Positions 22,087 to 33,959 of a stretch of DNA of 64,000 nucleotides are shown piece after piece. The stretch covers positions 234,334,069 through 234,398,068 of the forward strand of contig NC_052149.1 in assembly GCF_902713615.1 (NCBI RefSeq), given 5' to 3'. Numbering within the stretch: position 1 is the stretch's first letter; each line of letters starts with the position of its first letter. Both the position numbers and the translations under genes were made by a program. Under the pieces are notes generated by a model. It saw nothing but the letters and a program-made list of their open reading frames with translations. It was not told the origin of the DNA and made no database searches. The DNA is from Scyliorhinus canicula. Taxonomy: Eukaryota.

Positions 22087-24564
22087 GAGACACATGCGGT
22101 ACAGGAGCATCCGTAGGTATGGCTGAATTTAATCTGCGAACATATTGAGCAAATCAAATTAGCCCCAATAGCACTGAGGTGGAATTCCTGGAATGATTGC
22201 GAGATGGATTTCGGTACTAATATGTTGAGCAACCTCGTAGAGAGCAGACAATCCTAGACTAGGTACTACTGTGCAAGGAGAAGGGAATCATTGGTCATGT
22301 AGTTGTGCGAGACACCTTGGGAAAAGCGACCATAGCATGATATCATTTTTCATCAAGCTGGGGAGTGAAGTAGTTGACTCTGAGGCTGCTGCCCTGAATC
22401 TTAGTGAAGGAAACTGCGATGGTATGAGGCGTAAATTGGCTCGGACAGATTGAAAACTTTACTTAATGGGATGACAGTGGATGGGCAATGTCAAACACAC
22501 AAGGGCGTATGGGGGAACTGCAAAAATTGTTTCTTCCTCTCTGGCACAGAATTAAAATGGGAAAGATGGAAATTAGAGACATAATTCGATCCAAGGAAGA
22601 AGCATATATATTGGCCAAAAAAACAAACGGTCTGAGTGTCGGGAACAGTTTAGAATTGAGCAAAGAAGGACCAAGATATTTAATAAGAAGGGGAGTGTAG
22701 AGTGTGAGAGTAAGCTTGCAGGAATCTTGAAAAGTGAATGTAAAGTTTCCTATAGGTGCATGAAGAGAAAAAGTTTGGTGAAGGCAAATGTAGCTCTCTT
22801 ACAGTCAAACACAGGGGAATGTATAGTAGGGGCAAAGAAATGCTGAGCAACTAAACACATACTTCGGTTCTGTTTCACAAATGAGGACACGGATCAGATG
22901 ACAGAAATGTTGGGGAACACAGGGTTTCGTAGAAGGGGGAACTGAAGGAGATCAATGTTAATAGAGAAATGGTGTTGGCGAAATTGATGGGATTGAAGGT
23001 TTATAAATCCTCAGCACCTGATAATCTCCATCCTAGAGTAGGTAAGGAAGTGGCTATAGAAGTAATGGATGCAGTGGTGGTCATCTTCCAGGATTCTATT
23101 GACTCTGGAAAAGTTCCTGCAGATTATGGGTAGCTAATGTAACTCCACTATGTAAAACGAGATCTAGGGAAAAAACAAGGAATCACAGACCAGTAAGCCT
23201 GACGTCAGTAGTGGGAAAATTCTAGAATCTATCATCAATGGTTTTATACCAGAGCACTTAGAACATAATGACAGGATTGGACAGAGACAGCATAGATTTG
23301 TGAAGGGGAAATCGTGCTCGACAAATCTACTGCAATTATTCGAGGATGCAACTAGTAGAGTTGACAAGGTGAGCCAGTGTATCTGGTATCTTTGGACTTT
23401 CAGAAGGTTTTTTTTGACAAAGTCCCGCAGAATAGTTTGGTGTGTACAATTGAAGCACATGGGATTAGGACTAATGTATTGAAATGGATAGAAAACTGGT
23501 TGGCAGACAGGAAACATAGAGCAGAAATTAACGGGTCTTTTTTGTCTTGGCGGGCAGTGACTAGTGGGGCACCGCAGAGATCGGTGCCAGGACCACAGAC
23601 ATTCACAATATATATTAACGATTTAGATGAGGGAACAAAATGTAATATCTCAAAATTTGCAGATGAGATCAAGTTGGTTGGGAGGGTGCGCTGTGAGGAG
23701 GATGCAGAGATCCTTCAGTTTATTTGGACATGTTGCATGAGGGAGCAGATGAATGGCAGATGCAGTGTAGTTTTGAGAAATGCGATGTTACCCACTTTGG
23801 TAGCAAATACGAGAAGGAAGACTATTTTATGAATGGCCATAAGGTAGTAGACGGAAATGTGCAACGAGACCTGGGTACCCTCACACACCCGTCACTGAAC
23901 ATAAGCATGCAGGTACAGCAGGCGTTAAAGGAGGCAAATAGTATGTTGGTCTTTACAGCGAAAGAATTCGAATACAGGAGCAGGGGTGTCTTGCTGTAAT
24001 TATTCAGGGCCTTGGTGAGACCACACCTGGAATATTGTGTGCAGTTTCCGTCTCGTTATCTGCGGAATGATGTACTTGTTCTCGAGGGAGTGCAGCAAAT
24101 GTTTACCAGACAGATTCCTGGGATTGTGGGACTGACGTATGAGCAGATATTAATTTGGTTACGATTGGAGATCAGAAAAGGAGGCGAGATCTCCTAGAGA
24201 ACCATCAAATTCTAACAGGACTAGACATGGTAGACGCAGGAAGGATGTTCCCGATGGGTGGAGTGTCCAGAACCAGGGATACAGTCTGAGGATATGGGGT
24301 AGACCATTTAGGAAAGAGATGAGATGAAAATTATTCATCCAGAGAGTTGTCGGTCTGTGCAATTTGTTACCACAGGAAGTATTCAAGAATCAGTTATATA
24401 TTGCATTTGGGGTGAAGGGATCAAAGGGTATGGGGGGGAATGTGGGATTACGGGGTTGAGTTGGATGATCAGGCATGATCAGAATGAATGGCATGAATGG
24501 CAGAGCAGCCTCGTAGGGCCGAATGGACTCCTCCTGCTCCTATTTTCTACGTTATGATTATATG
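22087..24564 (+). mobile_element. Degenerate CR1 LINE (insertion B, copy 2)
   Basis: Fragmented peptides KGKSCSTNL, DFQKVFFDKVP, SKFADE, VRPHLEYCVQF. Confidence 0.88.
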
Positions 24565-25167
24565 AGGTTAGCTGCTGCTATAAGCTGGCTGTAGATGGAG
24601 TATCCGAAGTTAAATTGCATACTTACATACATTGTCGATTTCTGTTACTAAATACATAATTTCTATTGGCCAGAGGTTAACTGTTTTGAAAATAAGCATC
24701 AAATGCTGTGAGCAAAAATAAATAAGCTGAGATTCAATCATTGCTCAATATCCGCATTTGGAGAGAGGACACTGATAGCATTTCAAAGTTCTTTACGACA
24801 GCAGTTGGAAATATCAACATAGATTGAAAGTAATTAACAGAGGGCTGCCCTTAATAAAATACAGATATGGAACATTTTCCATCGCAGAATATAATTTGGT
24901 GATAAGTGGAGCAATGTTTATGATGCTGCCCTGATTGATATTGAAAATTGTTTTCTCAGAGATTACATGCAAAGGAAATGAATGGAAAGATTTGAGATCA
25001 TAATCTAATTGTATTTCAATGGAGTAGAGATGACGTTTAAAAAGAAAGGTTGCCGGCGTGCGTGAATTATGGTTGTACACTGTTAAACGAACCGTCCTGA
25101 TTCAAGGCCTTCATATCAGGAGCTGTGCACCTTTAAGAAAAACTCCTTTAATGAGAGGGAGGAACTC

Positions 25168-25189
25168 GCTGTGTCTCTGCGGACCAATG
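25168..25189 (+). promoter_or_regulatory. CSE-like element of gene 3 (core CGCT changed to CTCT)
   Basis: GCTGTGTCTCTGCGGACCAATG, ~210 nt upstream of the ATG. Confidence 0.6.
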
Positions 25190-25384
25190 AAGATCTCAAA
25201 TGCAAGCAGAGATCCATTGCTCCTCCTCCGGCACAGAACCAGAACAGGGAGAGAAAGACAATCGTTGCCGGCGTTCATTTTGTGGAAACGACTCTGTGAA
25301 TTCGCTCGGCATTCTGATCTTGAGGCCGCGTTTGACCTCAATAGGCGAACGTATATTATTCCGTGTCTCCAAATATAACCGGCG

Positions 25385-27778
25385 ATGACAGAGCAACGGA
25401 TAAGCAACGCCTTACAATTCAGACCGTTGGATGTTATTTTACTTCTTTTTGTATCGGATCTGGTTTTCGCAGAGATTCACTATTCTATTCGCGAAGAAAT
25501 AGAGTCTGGCGCGTTTGTTGGGAATATTGCGGAAGATTTGGGACTGAACATTCGGAGGCTGTCAGCTCGAAAATTCCGAATGGCTCCTGCTGATAAAAGG
25601 CATTGTTTGGAGGTGAATTCAGAAACCGGCATTTTATTTGCTAACGAGAGGATAGATAGGGAACAGCTGTGTGGGCAGCTGCCTGCGTGTGTCCTTTCTT
25701 TCGAGATTGTCGTGGACGAACCTTTGGAGATGTACCGCGGTGAAGTAGGGATTCTGGATATAAATGATAATTCGCCCACTTTCCCGGAGAGTGTCATTCT
25801 CTTACAAATGGCCGAAACCATGGCGCCAGGCTCTCGATTTCCGCTAGAGAGCGCTCTCGATCCAGACGTTGGGACAAATGCAGTCTCTGTTTACAATATT
25901 AGCCCGAATGAGCACTTCGGTCTCAAGGTGCAAATTGGAGAGGACGATACTAAAATTGTCCAGTTGCTGCTGGAGAAGCCGTTGGATCGCGAAAGGCAGT
26001 CATCCTTTCAGCTGATGCTGACGGCCACTGACGGGGGGAATCCCCCCAGATCTGGGACCGCTCGGATTCTCATCACTGTGCTGGACAGCAACGATAATGC
26101 CCCTGATTTCGGTCGCGAGAACTACAGGGTCAGCCTGATAGAAAACTCACCCAGAGGTACCTTGGTGGTTTCAGTCCAGGCCACTGATCCAGACGAAGGT
26201 TCGAACGCGGAGGTAACATATTCTTTCAGTAACCGTGTTTCACAGAAAATGCAGGAACTGTTTAGTTTGGATCGTCGAACAGGAGAGATTCGTGTTCAGG
26301 GCATAATTGATTATGAAGAAGGTGACAATTACTCACTTGATGTTCAAGCTGTAGACAATGGTTCACCGGCAATTGCAGGACATTGTAAAGTTCTGATTAA
26401 GGTAATGGATGTGAATGACAACGCCCCTGGCATATTACTGACGTCCGTTGCTAGCATGGTCCCAGAAGATGCTGCTCCCGGGACTGTGACAGCTCTGATC
26501 AATGTAATCGATCGAGATTCAGGAAGAAACGGAGAAGTGCACTGCGAGATCCCTAAGAATGTTCCCTTTAAACTTCAAATATCTTCGAGTGGCCATCACA
26601 AATTGATAACCAGTGACATGTTGGACCGTGAAACCACCCCTCTGTACAACATAGCTATTTTAGCCAGGGACTCGGGGTCTCCACCGCTCTCAACAATTAA
26701 AACTATTCAGATAACGGTATCTGACATTAACGATAACGCCCCAAGGTTTGCTCGACCCATGGACACAGTGTATGTGATGGAGAACAACGCTCCCGGTACT
26801 TCTATTTTCACAGTGACTGCTTTCGATCCTGACCAGGATCAGAATTCGTACGTCACTTACTCTTTCATAGACATCCTGATTCAAGATTTTCCATTGTCAA
26901 ATTACCTCAATCTTAATTCGATGAATGGGACCATTTACGCTCTCCTTACATTTGACTACGAGCGAGTGAAAAACTTCCAGATTCAAATTCAAGCCCGAGA
27001 CGCTGGCGTCCCCCCTCTGAGCAGCACCGCAACATTGAATGTGATCATCCTGGATCAAAATGACAACGCTCCGGTAATTGTTTCACCTTCAGCACAGAGC
27101 GGAACAGCAGGAGTGGGGGTTGTGCCTCAGTCAGCGGGCCAGGGGTACTTGGTCACCAAGATAATCGCAACTGATGCTGATTCCGGTCAGAACGCACGGC
27201 TTCTCTATCAGGTGCTGAAAGCCACTGATCCCAGTTTGTTCATCGTGGGGCTTAACTCTGGAGAAATCAGAACAGCCCGAGGGATTTTAGAGCAGGATTC
27301 TCCCACCCAGACTCTTGTGATCTTGGTGAAGGATAATGGACAGCCGAGTCTCTCCAGCACGGCTACAATCCACTTTTCAATCTCGGGGAATGTTACCGAA
27401 ATTTTCCCCGAAAGTAGTAACTTAGAGACAAATCCTGAATATGTCTCTGATATAAATCTTTATTTAATTGTCATTTTAGGTTCAACTTCCTTTATATTTC
27501 TTGTAATCATCATTTTGCTGATTGGCATCAAGTGTAAACAGGACAGAAATTCTCCAGAAGACTACAACTCTCCAAGTTCTTGCTATGGACTGGAGGAGTC
27601 TAATAATGCCTTTAATCTGACACCTACACTGAAAGAATCGTTAAATTATACTGGGGCTGGAGAAATTGTTCAAATCCCTGAAACGCATCATTATTCAGTT
27701 TGTCTGTCTCCCGAATCAGCTAAGAGCGATTTTCTGTTTTTGAAACCCTACACAGCACCCTTGACTCAGCACCAATGA
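25385..27778 (+). CDS. Clustered-type protocadherin, gene 3
   Basis: 797-aa ORF with the same architecture; ends LKPYTAPLTQHQ*. Confidence 0.95.
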   Translation: MTEQRISNALQFRPLDVILLLFVSDLVFAEIHYSIREEIESGAFVGNIAEDLGLNIRRLSARKFRMAPADKRHCLEVNSETGILFANERIDREQLCGQLPACVLSFEIVVDEPLEMYRGEVGILDINDNSPTFPESVILLQMAETMAPGSRFPLESALDPDVGTNAVSVYNISPNEHFGLKVQIGEDDTKIVQLLLEKPLDRERQSSFQLMLTATDGGNPPRSGTARILITVLDSNDNAPDFGRENYRVSLIENSPRGTLVVSVQATDPDEGSNAEVTYSFSNRVSQKMQELFSLDRRTGEIRVQGIIDYEEGDNYSLDVQAVDNGSPAIAGHCKVLIKVMDVNDNAPGILLTSVASMVPEDAAPGTVTALINVIDRDSGRNGEVHCEIPKNVPFKLQISSSGHHKLITSDMLDRETTPLYNIAILARDSGSPPLSTIKTIQITVSDINDNAPRFARPMDTVYVMENNAPGTSIFTVTAFDPDQDQNSYVTYSFIDILIQDFPLSNYLNLNSMNGTIYALLTFDYERVKNFQIQIQARDAGVPPLSSTATLNVIILDQNDNAPVIVSPSAQSGTAGVGVVPQSAGQGYLVTKIIATDADSGQNARLLYQVLKATDPSLFIVGLNSGEIRTARGILEQDSPTQTLVILVKDNGQPSLSSTATIHFSISGNVTEIFPESSNLETNPEYVSDINLYLIVILGSTSFIFLVIIILLIGIKCKQDRNSPEDYNSPSSCYGLEESNNAFNLTPTLKESLNYTGAGEIVQIPETHHYSVCLSPESAKSDFLFLKPYTAPLTQHQ

Positions 27779-27942
27779 TAAATTCAAAAGAATTCACAAC
27801 ATTGAGGCAGGGTGAAATTCTTCGTCATCTGTGGTAAATCCGTCTCTGAAGCGACTTCACTTCCAGGATCTGTATTATAAAATGAAACGGTCGTTCTTGT
27901 TCTTCAACTGTCAAATGTTTTTCATCCAATGACATGGTGAAA

Positions 27943-27948
27943 AATAAA
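27943..27948 (+). terminator. Putative poly(A) signal of gene 3
   Basis: Conserved AATAAA. Confidence 0.55.
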
Positions 27949-28285
27949 GGCTCCATGATACAGCCACACGCGTGTGAAACTGGCATCTGTTGACTGGGAA
28001 GGAAAGCCGTTAGGCGAGTTATTCCACGAGATACACAATTAAGTTTGTTGTAAGATCCGCTCCAAAATTGCACTATGGGCATTGCTACCTGGATGCATTT
28101 GGATAATTTTATTCATGGTTTATAATTTCAAAAATACCAGCATAAGCGATTAGGGTGACATCGAATAGTGTGAGCTTTAAAATTTCACAGCTTGCGCAAT
28201 GGATACTTCTGCTGACTTCCACATTGATGCTGTACCGAATCTATTTCACAATGACACGAGATTGATGTAAAACCGCTTCCAAAAT

Positions 28286-28458
28286 ATGAAAATCACTTAT
28301 TGTCACGAGTAGGCTTCAAATGAAGTTACTGTGAAAAGCCCCTAGTCGCCACATTCCGGCGCCTGTTCGGGGAGGCTGTTACGGGAATTGAACCGTGCTG
28401 CTGGCCTGCTTGGTCTGCTTTCAAAGCCAACGATTTAGCCCTGTGCTAAACAGCCCTG
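28286..28458 (-). mobile_element. Short tRNA-derived SINE (same family as 14451-14621)
   Basis: Reverse-complement match to 14451-14621. Confidence 0.82.
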
Positions 28459-28546
28459 CTAAATGTGTGCTAAATATAGCATATTGGTGTTATATACTAT
28501 AACATATTGTGATACCCTCGAATATAATATACGTAGATAAGAAGTG

Positions 28547-28843
28547 TGGCACGGCAGCACAGTGGTTAGCACTGTTGCTTCACAGCACCGTGGTCCCAGG
28601 CTTGATTCCCGACATGGTTCACTGTCTGCTTGCAGCCTGCAGGCTCGCCCCTTGTCTGCGTGGGTTTCCTCCGAGTGGTCCGGTTTCCTCCCAAAATCCC
28701 GAAAAATGTGCTTGTGAGGCGAAATGGACATTCTGAATTCTCCCCCTGTGAACCCGAACAGACGCGGGAATGTTGCAACTAGCGGCTTTTCACAGTAACT
28801 TCACTGCGGTGTAAGCCTACCTGTGACAATAAGGATTATTATT
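28547..28843 (+). mobile_element. V-domain SINE with a GTGACAATAA-type tail
   Basis: GCACAGTGGTTAGCAC head, V-domain, tail ending tgtgacaataaggattattatt. Confidence 0.85.
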
Positions 28844-29115
28844 AAGTAAGCGTGGAAAAAAACACTATTTGACCGACATGATTCTATAAGTAAGCTAATA
28901 TTGTCTTCAATCATACGCTACGGAGAATTGCATAATTTACATAGAATGATCAACACAGCACCAGGGACCAAAAATGCTTTCGGCCCAGGATGTCAATGAA
29001 GGTTTTGATGTTCCACCTCCGACTCCTCCCACCTTTGGTTACTGAACCCAATCAGCATACTTACTATATGGACTGCTGGGAAGTAGTTTAGAACTGACAT
29101 TGACCAGATCCTAAA

Positions 29116-30030
29116 TCGGGGTCTAACAATGAACCTCAGAGAAGAGAAAGATACTTACCCCCTCCAAAGGGAGTGTAAAAATACCAACAAAACTCTCAGA
29201 TATTTTTGTCAGGACAAAGCTGAGGGTTTGAATTTCTGCTGTCTAGCCAGCGCATTGCTGCCCAGCATGAGCTGGACCAACGCTAATGGCGTTGAAGTAG
29301 AATAGATAAGGCTCAGGTTTATGAAAATGTATACAGTCCAATAATCAGAACCCACGATTCATAACTTGTAACGTAGCTGTAATTATACTTGACAGTTGGT
29401 GGGACATTCACCTGATTATGACGTTGGTGGTAGTGTAACGTATTCATGTTAAATGACGTGGTGTTTCAATTTGAGCCGTCAATATATGAACATTGTCCCA
29501 CGGTAGATAACGTTTGCTCGTTGGTGCTGGGCAGTCTGGCCACTAGACTGGCATTATGCAAGCTGTGAAAATGATGAGTAATTATCGAAACTGAACGTTC
29601 AAAATTCATAGTAGTATTAATGAAATCAAAAGTCACAAATGCAGAGCGTGATTGTAACCAAACTATCCAAGTAACTGAGGCCGACAGACATTTTAATCAC
29701 AGCGAATAATATCAAGATTCTCAGCAGAAATGATAGCCGTAATAGTAAAATGATTGTGAAGCCGGATTGATTTTCCCAGAGGGTGAATGAAGCTTGAAAT
29801 TTCATTGGGAATCCCACCTCAAGTTTCAAGGTCCACTTACTCAATTAGACCGATTCTTCTGTTTGGATGAAATAAGTTGCTAACTCTCATAAAAATTGCT
29901 TTCTATTAATTTTGAGTTCTTTGCCGATTTAATGCAAATTAATATTTTTCTTTTTATGTTTACATAAAACCACAGTTTCGGACCCAGGCATTTCATCTTC
30001 CGCAATCATTTGTGGTATCTCATTCTCATT
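29116..30030. repeat. Paralogous non-TE spacer block, copy 3
   Basis: Aligns with the other copies; lacks insertions A and C. Confidence 0.8.
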
Positions 30031-30276
30031 AGAATGTCCGCATAACTGCTGGATAAAATGTATTGGTTGCTGAGATTAGTATTGGAAGATTGCTTAAGAA
30101 ATAATATTTTTCAAATGTTCATGATTCCACACCTACCTTGCACAGATATGGCGATGATTCAAGCACCCTTTTAAATATTTTTTTGCACATCCATTGCCAT
30201 TTATTGCAAATACTGATTTTTTTCTCGTACTTCAGTTTTCTAATTCCCCTCCTGTTTATAATAGCGATCAGGTTAG

Positions 30277-33097
30277 AGACACATGCGTTAAAGGAACATA
30301 TGTAATTATGGGTGAATTTAATCTGCATATGCATTGGGCAAATTAAATTAGCCCCAATACTAAAGAGGAGGAATTTCTGGAGTGTATGCGATTGACGAGA
30401 GCACAGTCAATCCTGGGTACTGTGTAATGAGAACGGAATCATTGGCAATCTAGTTGTGTGAGACCCCTTGCGGATGAGCAAGCATAATATGATAGAATGT
30501 TTCATCTAGATGGAGAGTGAAGTAGTTGACTCTGAGACTAGAGCCATGAATCTTAATAAAGGAAACTACAATGATATAAGTTGAAATTGTTTATGATAGA
30601 TTGGAAAATGTTACTTAAAGTGATGGCAGTGGACCACATGGGCGAACTGCAACAATTGTTTATTCCTGTCTTTTTGCACAAAAGTAAAATGGGGAAGTTG
30701 GCCAAACCATGGCTAACAAGGGAAATTAGAGATAGTATTTGATCCAAGGAAGACGCATACAAATTGAGCAAGAAAAATACAGGTCTGAGGATAGGGAGCA
30801 GATTATAATTCAGCAAAGAAGAATCAAGGGATCGATTAAGAAGTGGAAATTCGAATACGACAGTAATCTCGCAGGGAACATAAAAACTGACTGTAAATGT
30901 TTCTACAGGAACGTGAGGAGAAATAGATTGGTGAACACAAATGTAGGTTCCTTACAGTCAGAAATAAGGGAATGTATAACAGGGGCAAATAATTGACTGA
31001 ATAACTAAGGGCAGCACGGTAGCATAGTGGTTAGCACAATTGCTTCACAGCTCCAGGGTCCCAGGTTCGATTTCCGGCTTGGGTCACTGTCTGTGCGGAG
31101 TCTGCACATTCTCCCCCGTGTGTGCGTGGGTTTCCTCCGGTGCTCCAGTTTCCTCCCACAGTCCAAATATGTGCAGGTTAGGTTGATTGGCCATGCTAAA
31201 TTTCCCTTAGTGTCCAAAATTGCCTTTAGTGTTGGGTGAGGTTACTGGGTTATGCGGATAGGGTGGAGGTGTGGGGTTGGGTAGGGTTCTCTTTCCAAGA
31301 GCTGGTGCAGACTCGATGTGCCGAATGGCCTCCTTCTGCCCTGTAAATGTTATGATAAGAAGCTATGAAACTAAACATATACTTTGGTTCTGTCTTCACA
31401 AATGGCACAAATCAGATACCAGAACTTTTGAGGAACACAGGGTTTAGTGAGAGGAGGAACAGAAGGAGATCACTATTAGTCGAGAGATGGTGTAGGAGTA
31501 ATTGATGGGATTGAAGGCTGATAAACTCCCAGGGCCTCATAATCTCCGAACTAGAGTATTTAAGGAAGTGGCTCGAGACATAGTGGATGCTTTGGTGGTC
31601 ATCTTCCAGGATTCTATAGACCCTGGAATAGTTCCTTTAGATTGGACGGTCGGTAATGAAACTCCACTAAGTAAAATGGGAGGTAGAGAGAAAACAGGGC
31701 ACTAAAGACCAGTAAGCCTGACGTCAGTAGTGAGACAATTCTAGAATCCATTCGAAGGATTTTACAGCAAACAACTTGGAAAATAATGGCAGGCTTGGAC
31801 AGAGCCAGCATGGATTTATGAGGCGGAAGTCATGCTTGACAAATCTCCTGGAATTATTCAATGATGTAACTAGTAAAGTTGATGAGGGGGAGCCAGTGGA
31901 TGAGATATATTTTGACTTTCAGAAGGTGTTTGACAATGTCCCGCATGCGAGATTAGTGTGCAAAATTAAAGCACATGGGTTAACGGTTCGTGTACTGAGA
32001 TGGATAGAAAAGTGGTTGGCAAACAGGAAACAGAGAATAAAATTAATGGGTGTTTCTTGTATTGGCAGGCAGTGACTAATGGGGTATCACAGGGATCGGT
32101 GCTACTACCTCAGCTATTCACAATATATATGAATGATTTAGATGAGGGAACAGCATGTAATATCTCTAAATTTGTAGCTGATACCAAGTTTGCTGGGAGG
32201 GTGAGCTGTGAGGAGGATGCAGAGATCCTTCAGTGTTATGCGAACAAGTTGAGTGAGCAGTCAAATGAATGGCAGGTGAAGAATAATTTTGGGAAATGCG
32301 TGGTTATCCATTTTGGTAGCAAAACGGAGAGGGTAGACTATCATCTGAATGCCAATAAATTAAGAGAGGGGGACGTGAACGAGACCTGTGTGTCGTTGTC
32401 CAACAATCAGTGAAGGTAAGCTTGCAGGTACAGCTGGTGTTAAAGAAGGCAAATGGATGTTGGCTTTCATTGCGCGAGAATTCGAGTACAGGAGCAGGGA
32501 TATCTTGCTGCAATTATGCAGTGTCTTCGTGAGACCATACCAGGAACATTGTGCGCAATTTTGGTCTCCTGATCTGAGGAAGGGTATTCTTGCTCTAGAA
32601 GGAGTGCAGAGAAGGTATCCCGGAATGATTCCTGGGATGGCGGGGCTGATGTAGGAGAGGTTGAATCAGTTAGGATTGTATTTGCGGAAGCTGAGAAGAA
32701 TGGGGGGGGGGGGGGGCGGATCTCGTAGAAACCTATCAAATTTAGCAGACTTAGACTAGGTAGATGCAGGAAGGATGGTGGGTGCGTCCAATATCAGGGG
32801 TCACAGTTGAGGATTTGCGATAGGCCATATAGGAGAGATATGAGAAGAAATGTATTTATCTAGAGAGTGGTCGGCCTGTGGAATTTGTTATCACAGGATG
32901 TTGTTGAGGCCAACATATTGCATATGTTCAAGAAGCAGTTAGATATAGCACTTAGGGGAGGGGATCAAATGGCTTGGGGTGGGGGGGGGGGGGGGGGGGT
33001 GAGGGGTATTAGGCTATTGAGTTGGATGACCAGCCATGAATTGAATAAATGGCCGAAAGGCCTCCTCCTGCTCCTTTTTCTGTTTTATGCCTCTATG
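30277..33097 (+). mobile_element. Degenerate CR1 LINE (insertion B, copy 3)
   Basis: SQHGFM, GVSQGSVL, SKFVADTK fragments; same junctions as copies 1 and 2. Confidence 0.88.
31009..31368 (+). mobile_element. Full-length V-SINE (HE1-like)
   Basis: GGGCAGCACGGTAGCATAGTGGTTAGC head, B-box GGTTCGATT, V-domain, CR1-like tail; flanked by AACTAA. Confidence 0.92.
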
Positions 33098-33718
33098 AAG
33101 TTAACTGCAGCTATAAGTTAGCTGTACATGGAGTACCGAAATTGAATTACATACTTTACATCTCTTGTCGATGCCTATTTCCAAAAACATCAATTTTATT
33201 GTTCATAAGTTAACTGTTTTCAAAATAAGCATAAAATGATGTTATCAAAACTAAATAAGCTGAGATTCAAAAGAATGTTCAATTTCTGCATTTGGATCGG
33301 GGACACTAATAGTATTTCAAAGTTCTTTATGAAAGCTTTTGGAAAACCCATGATAAGTTGGAAGTAATTATGAGAAGACTGTCATTTATACAATGTAGAT
33401 ATGGATTCTGTTTCTTTGCAAAACGATATCATCTGGTGGTATGTGGGACAATGCATATGATGCTGCCGTGACAAGTACTGAAATTGTTTTGGCGCGGGTT
33501 GCATGCAAAGGAAATCAATGGAAGACTTGACATTATAATTTGATTGCATCTGAAAGATGTAGTGATGGCCTCTAAAAAGATTCTTCCCCGAATGTAATGA
33601 ATGCCGGATTGTGCGTATTATGGTTGTACACTGTTAAAATAATCATCCTGATTGCAGCTCCTCACATCAGGAGCTGTGCAGCTTTAAGAAAAACTGGTGT
33701 AATGCAAGGGGCTGACTC

Positions 33719-33740
33719 GCTGTGTCGCTGCGGACCAATG
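33719..33740 (+). promoter_or_regulatory. CSE / CGCT box plus CCAAT of gene 4
   Basis: GCTGTGTCGCTGCGGACCAATG, ~235 nt upstream of ATG 33960. Confidence 0.72.
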
Positions 33741-33959
33741 AGGATCTCAAATACAAGCAGAGATCTATTGCTCCTCCTCCGGCACATAAGCAGAACAGGA
33801 ACAGAAAGTCAATCGGTGCCTGCAATCATTCTGTGGAAAGGTCTCTGCGAATTCGCACGACATTCTGACATTAAGGTATTTTGTCGATTATGCGATCGGG
33901 CAGCGCTTGACCTGAATAAGCTACCGGTTTATTTTTGCGCCTCTCCAAATATAACCGCA

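Noticed and set aside
31009-31085. tRNA genes at A-box/B-box motifs
   Set aside because: All are SINE heads followed by a V-domain or LINE-like tail; no complete cloverleaf is supportable.
11992-33006. Poly-G/poly-C runs (11992-12007, 32702-32716, 32976-33006, 9007-9019, 56084-56097) and (TA)n at ~20342 as functional G-quadruplex or repeat elements
   Set aside because: They lie inside TE relics and are not shared by paralogous copies, consistent with slippage.
33597-33959. 924-aa version of gene 4 as the real protein
   Set aside because: The extension covers the CSE promoter and is broken in all paralogs; ATG 33960 aligns with the other starts and precedes the signal peptide.
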